DNA from: Octopus sinensis
Taxonomy: Eukaryota
Direction: 5' to 3'
Length of the DNA stretch: 64,000 nucleotides
Assembly (NCBI RefSeq): GCF_006345805.1
Contig: NC_042999.1
Location: 37,262,001-37,326,000, forward strand
The translations under genes and the position numbers were made by a program. Under the pieces are notes generated by a model. It did no database searches. It saw only the letters and a program-made list of their open reading frames with translations, and was not told where the DNA came from. Numbering within the stretch: the stretch's first letter is position 1; the number at the start of each line of letters is the position of its first letter. Below are positions 37,262 to 49,817 of the stretch, one piece after another.

Positions 37262-38440
37262 CAGGGTGCGTAAGATATTTTAGGACAGATTTATGTTTAT
37301 AAGAAAAAATATAACAGATAACTTCATTTATCAAAAAATTCTATGAGGATAAAAATAAACCTTATTTTCTATAATGCTATTCAATAAAACCACCTTCAGC
37401 TTCAACAACTGCTTCTATATGAGATTTAAATCATCTACATGCTCGTATCAAGTGGCCCTGGTTCATTTTGGACATTACTCCGACTATGGCAGCTTTCATA
37501 GAAACTTTGGTGTTATGGGCGGTTCATTGACCTTTCTCTCAACAACACTTCACATGGTGGGGTCTGGGGAATTAGGAGGCCAAATGTTAGAGGCTATGTG
37601 ATCATGAAAATTTTCAGCCATCCATTTCTGTGTTACTAGAGCCATGTCCAATATGTGTTTCTTACTGAAACACATATGGCCTTCCATTGCATATACTGTC
37701 TATCCAGGGTTTAACAATTATTTCCAGGACCTCAATGTAGGTGGCAGAGTTAAGTCTGAGGCCTTGTCGAAAGAAGTAAGGAGGCATCACATGTCCTTCA
37801 TTGCTGACAACCCCTAAAACTATGACAGTTGCAGGAAATTATATATGCATAACACTTGGAACTTCAGAAGGGTCTGCACATAACCATCTGTCATTTCTTC
37901 TGTTAACTTTTTGATCTTGGTCAAAATTTTTCTCGTTTGAGAAAAACCAAATCAAATTTTCTTCTGCTGGATTTTTCAGTTTGTTTAAGAGCCTTTTAGA
38001 TCTGATGAAGTGATTTTTTTTTGCTTTTTCTGACAAAATGACCTTTCCTCATCATATAAGACATATATCTGATGTCTTTGTGGACGACATTTCTAACTGT
38101 TCCTTCTGACACATGGAGGTCTTTTGCAATTAACCTCATGCATTTCTGGGATTGTAATCAATGGTCTGGTGAACTTGCTAGATAAATTCAGGTGTTCTGA
38201 TGATTCCAGAGCGTTTAGAATGCTTTTCCATCTTCAGTCTCTAGCTCATTACAAACTCTGTAGACGAAAGATCTGGCAACTTATAAAACTCGAGATATTT
38301 CTAAATCCCTATACTCAGCCTTTATAATCACAATAATAGCACGCCTCTTCATTTCTTGAGTAAGCTGAGGGTCTGCCATTATTATTTTCTGAAAGCGAAA
38401 AATGCAGCAATAACCCCAAAAAGGTATGCCCTCAAATACC
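37262..38440 (-). mobile_element. Decayed maT (DD37D-like) transposon
   Basis: TA|CAGGGTG end. Coding region about 38379 to 37377: MADPQLTQEMKRRAII..WFFSNEKNFDQDQKVNRRNDRWL..KFPATV..WPPNSPD..GGFIE*, with stops and frameshifts. Confidence 0.85.
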
Positions 38441-39120
38441 TTTTATACACACATCTTTCTCTCCCCCTATCAAGTTAGCTAGCTAGTAGCAGTAAGCATA
38501 ATTTCTATCCTGTTTTGGTCTTTCTTACTATAATACGAATATACAATTGGTACTTATTTTATTGATATGCAGGGATAATATGCTAAATGGCTATGAAAAG
38601 TGGCTTGAATGAAGGACAAAATTAAGTTTGGTAATCCAAAGTAACCAATTTGATTTTACAACTATGTTTCATTATAAATATTTACCGTGTGGCCTCTCTG
38701 AACTAACAGAGAAATAGAAGACGAACAATATTCTTGAATTGATTATTGGTTTTTAACGTATAACACATCAATAACATATTTATCGTTTAATTGATTTCTG
38801 ATATTTTTCACGCTGAAACTTTTAATGGATCTTTACCACAAAAATTATTGATTAATATTGAGGTGGGAAATTGTTTTTATGTTTATTCTTTTATTGGTTT
38901 TAGTTATAGGACTTCTGGGGTACCTCATTCGAAGGTTTATACGATCAAACCAACCTCTCTACTTATTTTTAAGCTTAGCATTTGTTTTATCATTCTTCAT
39001 ATGTCGAACTACTACGTTATGTACAGAAATACAAACATATGCAGACATATGTATGCGATAGGTGTCCGAACAGTTTCCGTCACCCCAATTTCTCTTACAT
39101 GGTATTGGTTTACGCGTGGT

Positions 39121-39357
39121 TACTCTTTTACTCTTTTAATTGTTTCAGTCATTTGACTGTGGCCATGCTGGAGCAACGCCTTTAGTCGAGCAAATTGACC
39201 CCAGGACTTATTCTTTGTTAGCCTAGTACTTATTCTATCCGCTAAGTTACGGGGACGTAAACACATCAGCATCGGTTGTCAAGCCATGTTGGGGAGGACA
39301 AACACAGACACACAAGCACACAGACACACAAGCACACACACACACCACACACACACA

Positions 39358-39400
<43 letters not shown>

Positions 39401-39565
39401 CGACGGGCTTCTTTCAGTTTCTGTCTACCAAATCCACTCACAAGGCTTTGGTCGGCCCGAGGTTACAGTAGAAGACACTTTGCCCAAGGTGCCACGCAGT
39501 GGGACTGAACCCGGTACTATATGATTCGTAAGCAAGCTACTTACCACACAGCCACTCCTACGCCT
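39121..39565 (-). mobile_element. SINE family A, full length
   Basis: Reverse complement of the 3347-type element. Confidence 0.9.
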
Positions 39566-40143
39566 AGAAACTACTTCTGAAGTTGCCACGCAGTGAAATA
39601 GAACCCGAATCCATTGATTGCGAAGCAAGCTTCTTAACCATACAGCCATTTTTGCACTGATAGAACAATTATAAATTGAGTAACAATTCTGCAAAGATTT
39701 TCGAACCTCGTTGTCTAAATTAAAGTGAATTCAAGCAACAGTTCCTTTAGGGAAAGAGATATTCCAGTTTCTTGTGGTTGAATAGATCTGGCCATCTTTC
39801 TCTCGGAACAGAGCTTCAATTGTGAGTGATTTCTGCCGTGAGTTATGATTACAACAGTGAATCGGTCGGTCAGTATGTTGGTTTTCAAGCTAAAACCTGG
39901 AGATGGTACCTAACAAGTTTCATGCAGGATTTCATTAGTTCGTCTAAATCCAACGAATAAAATTTAATAATTAGGACGAAAGTGATTTCTTTAAGTAACA
40001 GCATCGCCGTAATGCCATGATATAGACTCACATTTATAGACTCACATGAAGGCAGAAAGCTGGCAGGATTGTCAGCACACCAGACAAAATGCTTAGCAGA
40101 ATTTCATTCGGGTTATAAAGAAATAAGAAACGTTAAAAAAAAA

Positions 40144-40470
40144 AGGCGGCGAGCTGGCAGAAACGTTAGCACGCCGGGCGAAATGCTTAGCCATATTTCG
40201 TCTGCCGTTACGTTCTGAGTTGAAATTCCGCCAAGGTCGACTTTGCTTTTCATCCTTTCGGGGTCGATTAAATAAGTACTAGTTACGCATTGGGGTCGAT
40301 ATAATCGACATAATCCGTTTGTCTGTCCTTGTTTGTCCCCTCTGTGTTTAGCTCCTTGTGGGCAGTAAAGAAATTGGTATTTCGTCTGCCGTGACGTACT
40401 GAGTTCAAATTCCGCCGAGGTCGACTTTGCCTTTCATCCTTCGGGGTCGATTAAATAAGTACCAGTTACC
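40144..40470 (+). mobile_element. Family-M SINE, 1.5 units
   Basis: Junction AAAGAAATTGGTATTTCG at about 40370. Confidence 0.85.
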
Positions 40471-40847
40471 ATGCTCTTCTCTCTCTCTCCCTCTCTCCTC
40501 CTCCTCCTCCTCTCTCTCTATCTCACACACACACATTTTGATGCTATTACAAAAAATGCTATTACAAAATAAAACGAAACTGAAAATAACGGTATATCCA
40601 AAATCTGAATGGCCACCACAACCGATTTTCAACCACCCTATAGTTGCTCCAGTTATTGCACACAGGTGTCTTTCACGATTACAACACATGGCCAAGTTCC
40701 TTGTCAAACAATTAAAACTCCAAGTAAAACTCTAAGATTATTCTACCCTTTTATTTTACTAACGTCGTATACTCTTTTCATTTTGTACTGCAATCCTACT
40801 CATTTTTCCAAATCCCATAATATTCTTCATTTCTTTTTCTTTCGAAG

Positions 40848-40987
40848 AGTCTTACTGGTCCAATCCCCAGTTTCTGCTTGACTTGGAGGATGAAAAGGAC
40901 GAAACTCCAGTCATCATCTCCCTTATGGAAATAATGGAGAAGAATCGGAACCGCATGGATATTTTCATTGGGTTTGATGTTCACCGG
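40848..40987 (+). CDS. CAPN: Calpain exon (domain III, NPQF motif)
   Basis: ttcgaag|...|gtatgt; 140 nt, phase 1/0; (E)SYWSNPQFLLDLEDEKDETPVIISLMEIMEKNRNRMDIFIGFDVHR. Confidence 0.95.
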
Positions 40988-41296
40988 GTATGTTTCTTTC
41001 ATATTACTATTTTTTTCGTGTATTTTAACGGAGACTTTTTTTCCGACGTGCTAGCGATTTTACTAATTCGCTGACTTTATAACAATCCTTTCTATTATTG
41101 GCACAAGGCCTGAATTTTTTGTGGGTGTTGGGGTGTTAAGTCGATTACGTCAATCCCAGAATTTGACTGGTATCTATTTCATCGACTCCGAAAAGATGAA
41201 GAGCAAAATCGAACTCAGAACATAAAGATAGATGAAATACAACTAAGCATGTTGTCCGATATACTGACGATTCTGCCCGCTCGCCACCATAGCTAC

Positions 41297-41345
<49 letters not shown>

Positions 41346-41547
41346 GTTTCAAATTTTGGTTCAAGACCAGCAAGTTTAGGGGTGAGGGGGTAAGCTGACT
41401 ACATCGACTCCAGTGCTCAAATGATACTTATTTTATCGACTTCGAAAAGATGAAAGGCAAAGGAACTCGGTAGAATTTGAACTTTAAGCGTAAAGACACG
41501 AAATGCCGCGTACTGACGATTTTGCCTGGTCGCCGCCACAGCTACTC

Positions 41548-41633
<86 letters not shown>

Positions 41634-42400
41634 TGAGCACTCAGAGAGCGCAAACCTCTGCCAAGGCAACACCAACATCCTCTCAACGATTAGCCTGAGA
41701 TGATTTTTAAAATGAGAATATCTGAGATAAACTCGACTGCTTTCACAAACGAGAATACTAAAAATGAACCCGACCGCTCTCAAAAATTAAGTAAAAAATC
41801 AGGAAAAATAATCCAGAATCCTTGTCTGGTACCGGATCGATTCCAAAATCTAATCAATTCGTACCAGTCACAAGGCCAAACATCCGAATCCATCTAGCGG
41901 TTCCTGAGATATCTTGTCCACAAACAAACAAATACGACTAAGGCAGAGGTAATAATTATTTCTTTGAGGTCACAAGGAGGGAAATTTAGCGGGAGGGAGT
42001 AGTAGATTATGTTTGAGTTCCAGTAGTCAACTGGCACTTGTTTTATCAATCCCAATAGTTGATTGGTATTTCTGTTTTCGACCGGAGAAAGATGAAAAGT
42101 AAAAATCTATATCTGAGTGATTTGAACTCAGAGGTAACGCGGATATAAACAAACCAACATCAGTTGTTAAGCAGTGTAACCCAAACCCGAAAACGAGCTC
42201 ACGAAAAAGTTTCTTCCAAAAAGTTTCTGTAAACTAAATTAACTAGTAAGGAATTGATCGGCCCAGGCTACCGTAGAAGACATTCGTCTATGTTCCCGCA
42301 AAATGGGTCTGAAACTGAAATTTGAAATAATGTGGTTGTGAAGAGAAATTCCTCACTACATAACTGTACCTGCATTTTAAATAAATAAATGGATTAAATA

Positions 42401-42633
42401 TGTTTCTTTATTACCCACAAGGGACTAAACATAGAGGGGACAAACAAAGACAGACAAACGAATTAAGTCGATTACATCGACCCCAGTGCGTAACTGGTAC
42501 TTTATTTATCGACCCCGAAAGGATGAAAGGCAAAGTCGACCTCGGCGGAATTTGAACTCAGAACGTAACGGCAGACGAAATACCGCTAAGCATTTCGCCC
42601 GGCGTGCTAACGTTTCTGCCAGCTCGCCGCCTT
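42401..42633 (-). mobile_element. Family-M SINE monomer, young tail
   Basis: TSD AATGGATTAAATAT on both sides. Confidence 0.9.
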
Positions 42634-42679
42634 CAAAATGGATTAAATATACTTAAGTATACTTAAATATTACATATTC

Positions 42680-43020
42680 GCTGGCCTGGCTGTGTGGTAA
42701 AAAGCTTGCTTCCCGACCACATAATTCCGGGTTCAGTCCCACTGCGTGTCACCTTGGGCAAGTATCATCTACTAAATCCTCGGGCCGATTAAAGCCTTGT
42801 AACGGAAAGTGAAAGAAGCCTGTCGTATATGTATGTGCATGTGTGCGTGTGTGCGCGTGTGTTTGTCCCTCGCCACCGTTTGACAACCTGTGTTGGGGTG
42901 TTTATGTCCCGGAGATAACAGACTTTATGAAAATAAGTACTGGGGTCGATTCGTTCGACTGAAATTCTTCAAGGCGGTGCCCCAGCATGGCCGCAGTCTA
43001 ATGACTGAAACAAATAAAAA
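42680..43020 (+). mobile_element. Older family-A SINE ending 22 nt before an exon
   Basis: Head GCTGTGTGGTAAAAAGCTTGC; tail GACTGAAACAAATAAAAA. Confidence 0.8.
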
Positions 43021-43042
43021 TGTAAACGTATTTTCATTTCAG

Positions 43043-43257
43043 ATTAAGAAAAACGCCCCACAACCTCTTAGTGATGATAATTTCAGCGATGAGTCTTTGA
43101 GATTCGAATGTAGAGCCGAAGAAACAGAATGGCGCGAAAATACGAAGTATCTTACTCTGAAACCAGGAAAATACGTCATCATACCCTTTACACAGATGAA
43201 AAACAAAGAGTCTCGTTTTCTCTTGCGGGTTTTCTCTCAAACCAAAGTGGTTTCAAG
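43043..43257 (+). CDS. CAPN: Calpain exon (domain III C-terminal half)
   Basis: tttcag|...|gtcagt; 215 nt, phase 0/2; IKKNAPQPL...WRENTKYLTLKPGKYVIIPFTQMKNKESRFLLRVFSQTKVVS matches L.PG.Y+I+P.T....FLLRVF. Confidence 0.95.
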
Positions 43258-43346
43258 GTCAGTCAAACATTTTTCTTTTAAGTTGCAGTGTAGGGTACAG
43301 TAGGCCGTTACTTTTGTAAGTGAGTATGGCTTGGTTACATGTACCA

Positions 43347-43725
43347 TCTTTTACCTTTTACTTGTTTTAGTCATTTGGCTGCGGCTATGCAGGAGTTACC
43401 ACCTTCAAGAATTTTTAGTTGGACGAATCAATCTCAGTACTTACTTTTGTTAAATCTGGTATTCTATCGGTCTCTTTTTACTGAGCCGCTAAGTCACGTA
43501 GACGTAAACACACTAACACCGGTTAACAAACGGTGGTAGGAAACGAATACAAAAGACACACACACACATATACGATGGGATTCTTTCCGTTTCCGTCTAC
43601 GAAATCCACTTACAGCTCGAAGCTATAGTAGAAGACACTTAATGAAGGTGCCACGCAGTGAGAATGAACCCAGAGTCATGTGGCTGGAAAGCAAGCTCCT
43701 TATCATATAGTCATTCCTGCGCCTA
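43347..43725 (-). mobile_element. Older family-A SINE
   Basis: Reverse-complement tail and head of family A. Confidence 0.8.
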
Positions 43726-44825
43726 CAGGGCCATGCTTGTTTTTGTTAATTGCTTTTAGATGCCCGTCTAATTACGAACAGACGTCAACATCTCAGCTCG
43801 GCTCCCTTACTTTGATCATCGCGGATACGATAGCTGGAGGGAGGAGAAGTACCAGTTTAGTACTAGTACAGTACCAAGCTGGTACCTATTATAATTGAGT
43901 AGACTGGACTGATGTGAAATGAAGGGTCTTTCTCAAGGACACAACGACCTTGTGATCATGAACCGAACACTTTCACTTAAAGGCCACGATTATTTGGTAG
44001 CCAATCGAAAAAGGAACAAATTCTAATTGTTGGGTTCAGACATGGGTGTGTGGTTAAGAAACCTGTTTTGCAACCACATGATTTTAGGTTTCAGTCCCAC
44101 TGCGTGGCACCTTGGGCAAGTCTCTTCTGCTATAGCTCCGGGCCAACCATTGCCCTTGTGAGTGAATTTGGTCGACGGAAATTGTGTGGAGAGCCCATCG
44201 TCTATATGTAAATATATATGTATGTGCACGCGTGTTTGTGCTTGTGTTTGTTTCCTTACCACACTGCTTGACAGCCGGTGTACGTCTCCTTAACTTAGCA
44301 GTTAGGGAAAAGGGACCGGTAAAATAAGTACCAGACTTTTAAAAAAATATTAAATCCTGGGTCCTATTTGTTCGTCTAACCCTATCCAGGCGCTGTTACG
44401 GTATGGCTGCAGTCCAGAGACTGAAGCAAATAAAGTCATGACTTTGAAAATATTTCATGCTAATCTTATTGTCATATATTTATATACTAGTGAGGGCGCG
44501 TAACCTAATGCTTAGGGTATTTACTCACGATCACCGTTCGTGGTTTCGATCCCCGGACTGTGGTTTCGATCCCCGGACCGGTCAGTGCGTTGTGTTCTTA
44601 AGCAAAGTACTTCATTTCACATTGCTCTATAATAATCACTTCGGCATCTGACATGTGGTACACCGTGCACCTGTACAGGTAATGTCAATTTGATGGAAAG
44701 ACTGTGTGCTAATGTACAGCACAAATATTTGATCACTATAAACAAATCATATTTGCACGTTGTTCAGCAAAAAAAATGGGGAATTGTCTTTCACGGACTC
44801 GAGAGACTGCAAACAATATTAATAT

Positions 44826-45002
44826 AGGCGCAGGAGTGGCTGTGTGGTAAGTAGCTTGCTTACCAACCACATGGTTCCGGGTTCAGTCCCACTGTGTGGC
44901 ACCTTGGGTAAGTGTCTTCTACTATAGCCTCGGGCCAACCAAAGCCTTGTGAGTGGATTTGGTAGACGGAAACTGAAAGAAGCCCGTCGTATATATGCAT
45001 GT

Positions 45003-45073
<71 letters not shown>

Positions 45074-45310
45074 GTGTGTGTGTGTGTTGTGTGTGTATGT
45101 TTGTGTGTCTGTGTTTGTCCCCCTAGCATTGCTTGACAACCGATGCTGGTGTGTTTACGTCCCCGTCACTTAGCGGTTCGGCAAAAGAGACCGATAGAAT
45201 AAGTACTAGGCTTACAAAGAATAAGTCCTGGGGTCGATTTGGTCGACTAAAGGCGGTGCCCCAGCATGGCCGCAGTCAAATGACTAAAACAAGTAAAAGA
45301 GTAAAGAGTA
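44826..45310 (+). mobile_element. SINE family A, young full-length copy
   Basis: Consensus-like head, (TA)n(TG)n and tail. Confidence 0.9.
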
Positions 45311-45592
45311 CACCAAAAGTGATGGATGGATGGTAGAATCGGTGGACATGGTGTTGGTCTACTTCGAATATTTATAAAAATAAAAGTAAAGTATGGAATA
45401 ATTTTCTAAATCTAATCTGCATTTGTTTATTACCAAAATTTAGTAAGTAGCAAATTATTATATGCAGTGAACAGTGAGATTCAAAACGATACTTGCATAT
45501 TTATTCTTAATACGTTCCAGTAGATTCGAACGTGAATATACTAATCGCTGTTCTGTTCGTCACTGGAGATCAATTTTTTCCTTTATGACGAA

Positions 45593-45990
45593 CTAGCAGT
45601 ATCGCCCGGCGTTGCTCGGGTTTGTAAGGGAAATAACTATATAAGCATTTTTAGAGATGTAAAGTATAATAGCCATCTCAATATGGCTAACCTCAAAGGA
45701 AAGGGGTGTTACTGTAGCTTTTTACGTTCTGAGATTTAATAATAAATTTTTAGAGAGTTACTTCCCTTACATAATAGCAAAAAAATGCATTAAAAATGGG
45801 AAAAAATGATGGAAAATGTTTTTTAAAATCGTAGACTCATCGTAGACGCGCGCTAATACCCAGAAGGGCTCGATATGAATCACGACTATAAGATACCCGC
45901 TTTTGGTTACACTGCACCGCAAAATGTGGGAGTAGTTAGGAATCTAAATCGTAGGAGACGGACACACAACTTCACTTTTATATATAAAGA
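45593..45990 (-). mobile_element. Non-autonomous Helitron (398 bp)
   Basis: A|TCTTTATATATAAAAG...CCCGAGCAACGCCGGG-CGATACTG-CTAG|T, no TSD. Confidence 0.92.
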
Positions 45991-46295
45991 TATGTCTTCA
46001 TAACATACTCGATTCACGAATGAAAAGGATTTTGGAAAACAGTGTTTCAACATGAGTCTTGTCAGCAAGAAGTACCTCCGCACCAATGAATCTAATAAGA
46101 GCCGATGGTCATGTTTATAATTTCAGCGAACAAAATGATATCTGCCAACCGATAATAAACCGTTATATGCACAGTGAACAGCGAGTTTTGGCCCAAGTCG
46201 ACTCCTAGCAAATATATGATCAAAAGCATTGTAGCAATAAGAATAGCACCTTTTAATTTACGCATTATGTATTTAACACAATATTATCTTGCGTA

Positions 46296-46689
46296 GTGGA
46301 GGCGCAATGGCCCAGTAGTTAGGGCAGTGGACTCGCGGTCGTAGGATCGCGGTTTCGATTCCTAGACCGGGCATTGTGAGTGTTTATTGAGCGAAAACAC
46401 CTAAAGCTCCACGAGGCTCCGGCAGGATGGTGGTGATCCCTACTGTACTCTTTCACCACAACTTTCTCTCACTCTTACTTCCTGTTTCTGTTGTACCTGT
46501 ATTTCAAAGGGCCGGCATTGTTACTCTCTGTGTCACGCTGAATATCCCCGAGAACTACGTTAAGGGTACACGTGTCTGTGGAGTGCTCAGCCACTTACAC
46601 GTTAATTTCACGAGCAGGCTGTTCCGTTGATCGGATCAACCGGAACCCTCATCGTCGTAACCGACGGAGTGCTAAAGAGGAGTGCTTCC
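46296..46689 (+). mobile_element. tRNA(Arg)-like SINE, tail type 1
   Basis: TSD ATCTTGCGTAGT. Confidence 0.9.
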
Positions 46690-46829
46690 ATCTTGCGTAG
46701 TAATTTTAAAAACACTTGGATATGAATTTTTGGTTGCTATATCTAAGATGAGAAGCGTCCACAAATTTCTCAAATATTTAACAAATATGTAGTAGGCAAT
46801 TGTATTACTTTGATATTATTGCATATACC

Positions 46830-47265
46830 GAAGGCGGCGAGCTGCTAGAATCGTTAGCACGCCGGGCGAAGTGATTAGCAGTATTTCGTCTGCCGTTACG
46901 TTCTGAGTTCAAATTCCACCGGGGTCGACTTTGCCTTTCATCCTTCCGGGGTCGATAAATTAAGTACCAGTTACACACTGGGGTCGATATAATCGACTTA
47001 ATCCGTTTGTCTGTCCTTGTTTGTCCCCTCTGTATTCAGCCCCTTGTGGGTAACAAAGAAATAAGAATCGTTAGCACGCCGTACAAACTGTTGAGCGGCA
47101 TTTCGTCCATCTTTACGTTCTGAATTCAAATTCCGCCGAGGTCCACTTTGCCTTTCATCATTTCGGAGTTGATAAAATAAATAAGTACCAGTTGAATACT
47201 GGGGTCGATGTAATCGACTTTTCCCTTCCTTCGAAATTGCTGGCCTTGTGCCAAAAGTTAAAATC
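46830..47265 (+). mobile_element. Family-M SINE dimer (young + old tail)
   Basis: Junction AAAGAAATAAGAATCGTTAGC at about 47060; TSD ATTATT(G/A)CATATACC. Confidence 0.85.
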
Positions 47266-48057
47266 ATTATTACATATACCAAAAGGGAGAAAACTACTGC
47301 CATTGGAGTACCTGACAAAGAATACCTTGAAGCACTTTGTTACATCCCTTCCTTTCAGAGATTAAATCCTGCCAACATCGAAGTTACTGTTCATGCTTCC
47401 AGAATACTCGATTAGCTTGACTTCCATAATTTCTATGTCTAGTTCCCAGTGGAGTTGGAATGGGTTAATCACGGTCCGAATTATTTCTCATTGGAAGCTA
47501 CTGCTCTTGGAGACAGGAGCTCGTACATCTATTTAGCTTGGTTACTACGAATGAATGCCCTTCCTATTGCCAATCACTTAAACCTACTTTACAGAGAGTA
47601 TTGGTTACTCCAGCACTACATAAGATGAATAATCCTCGATAGGAGAGTTCACCGAAGAATTTTTTAAAGTTTTCATCTGTTGGTACCTCGATAAAATGCA
47701 CGCAGAACACTTTTAGAGGGCCAGGCGTCTTGTATAAGAAATCAGAATAAAAATACACTTAGTCTTGCCTAAAAATCTTGTATCTATGATTTTACTTTCT
47801 TAATTACGTCATAATCTATCTAGAAGTTTATAAATTTAGGGTGAAAATAATATTGCAAGTATAGGAGTTTATGGAAGATTCTGCGGTTCGACGAAGGACT
47901 TCTTTGCGCATTATCTTATCTCCCCAAGAGACAGAAAAATCCTCTGTGGACACTGGATGTTAAAAGCCTTGAAGGCCGTAATGTATCGGCTGAAGTGATT
48001 CATGTCCTGTATACATACAGAAGACAAATTTTAAGGCTACAATATTATTTTCTTGAT

Positions 48058-48640
48058 AAGGCGGTGCGCTGGCAGACACGTTAGCACGCCGGGCGAAATG
48101 CGTAGCTGTATTTCGTCTGCCGTTACGTTCTGAGTTCAAATTCCGCCGCGCTTGACTTTGCCTTTCGTCCTTTCGGGGTCGATAAATTAAGTACCAGTTA
48201 CGCACTGGGGTCGATATAATCGACTTAATTCGTTTGTCTGTCCTTGTTTGTCCTCTCTGTGTTTAGCCCCTTGTGGGTAGTAAAGAAATAGGCATTTCGT
48301 CTGCCATTACGTTCTGAGTTCAAATTCCGCCGAGGTCGACTTTGCCTTTCATCCTTTCGGGGTCGATAAATTAAGTACCAGTTACGCACTGGGGTCGATG
48401 TAATCGACTTAATCTCTATGTCTGTCCTTGTTTGTCCTCTCTGTGTTTAGCCCCTTGTGGGTAGTAAAGAAATAGGTATTTCGCCTGTTTTTACGTTTTG
48501 AGTTCAAATTCCGTCGAGGTCGATTCTGCCTTTCATCCTTTCGGAGTCGATAAACTAAGTACGAGCTGCGTACTGGGGTCGATCTAATCGACTAGCCCCC
48601 ACCTCCCCCAAAATTTCGGGCCTTGTGCTTAGAGAAGAAA
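48058..48640 (+). mobile_element. Family-M SINE trimer (young, young, old tail)
   Basis: Junctions at about 48290 and 48475; TSD ATATTATTTTCT(T/C)GAT at 48042-48057 and 48641-48656. Confidence 0.88.
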
Positions 48641-48990
48641 ATATTATTTTCTCGATCATTTTATAATCAAGAGAGTGGTTCTACAAAGTCCAGGATATAT
48701 TAGTGGCAAGATATATTGGAACGAGCGATTATTGCATGCCCCCCTATCTTAACTTGCCAATCGCACAAAATTCTCCAGCTACTGAATTTGTAAGCTATAT
48801 TTCATATATTATCCTTTTTTATATCAATATATAAAGCCAACGCGGGAGATTGATTAGCTAGAAATAGTAGACAAAATACCCCAAATCAATCCCAAGTATA
48901 CCGAAAACAATATAATATAATCCAAAATAGACTATGACTGAAGAACAAAGAAATAAAGAAAAAAATAGAAAATATGGGATTGCCTGATAT

Positions 48991-49192
48991 CTCTTTTCTC
49001 TTTTACTCTTTTACTTGTTTCAGTCATTTGACTGCGGCCATGCTGGAGCACCGCCTTTAGTCGAGCAAATCGACCCCGGGACTTATTCTTTGTAAGCCCA
49101 GTACTTATTCTATCGGTCTCTTTTGTCGAACCGCTAAGTGACGGGGACGTAAACACACCAGCATCGGTTATCAAGCGATGCTAGGGGGACAA

Positions 49193-49281
<89 letters not shown>

Positions 49282-49441
49282 TACGACAAGCTTCTTTCAG
49301 TTTCCGTCTATCAAATCCACTCACAAGGCATTGGTCGGCCCGGAGCTATAGCAGAAGACACTTGCCCAAGATGCCACGCAGTGGGACTGAACCCGGAACC
49401 ATGTGGTTGGTTAGCAAGCTATTTACCACACAGCCACTCCT
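48991..49441 (-). mobile_element. SINE family A, young full-length copy
   Basis: Near-identical reverse complement of 44826-45310. Confidence 0.9.
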
Positions 49442-49774
49442 GGTGAATTTGTTCGAAACTATCTGGTGCTAGATTAATAACAACAACAATGACACCAATC
49501 TCAACTTTATTCAAACAGTCTCGTAAAATGCTACTTGCTTGATAGACTGGAAAAATACATATTATATCTGGGTTAGGAAAAACAGGCAAGTATCTTCATT
49601 TTTTTTTTCAGATTATTATATCAGAATATTATGTTTAATAATTTTCTTTAATAGAAATATATTCTATTGCTTTTGATTCGGGACGGTCATCTTGTTTCCT
49701 GTCAAATAAACACACGCACTGTATATTTGTTCTTCACTAGTTTATTATTGTTGTTATTTTATTTAATGCCCATT

Positions 49775-49817
49775 GTCTGGAAATCTTTCGTCACACATCT
49801 GTGACCTCTTCAGCGAC
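49775..49817 (-). ncRNA. Hammerhead-like motif
   Basis: GTCG-CTGAAGA-G-GTCACA(GATG)TGTGAC-GAAA-GATT-TC-CAGAC. Confidence 0.5.

Noticed and set aside
38791-39185. Hydrophobic ORFs resembling a small membrane protein
   Set aside because: T-rich intronic sequence running into a SINE tail; no support.
42890-43303. 137-aa ORF as a standalone gene
   Set aside because: It is the 215-nt calpain exon with intronic and SINE read-through on each side.
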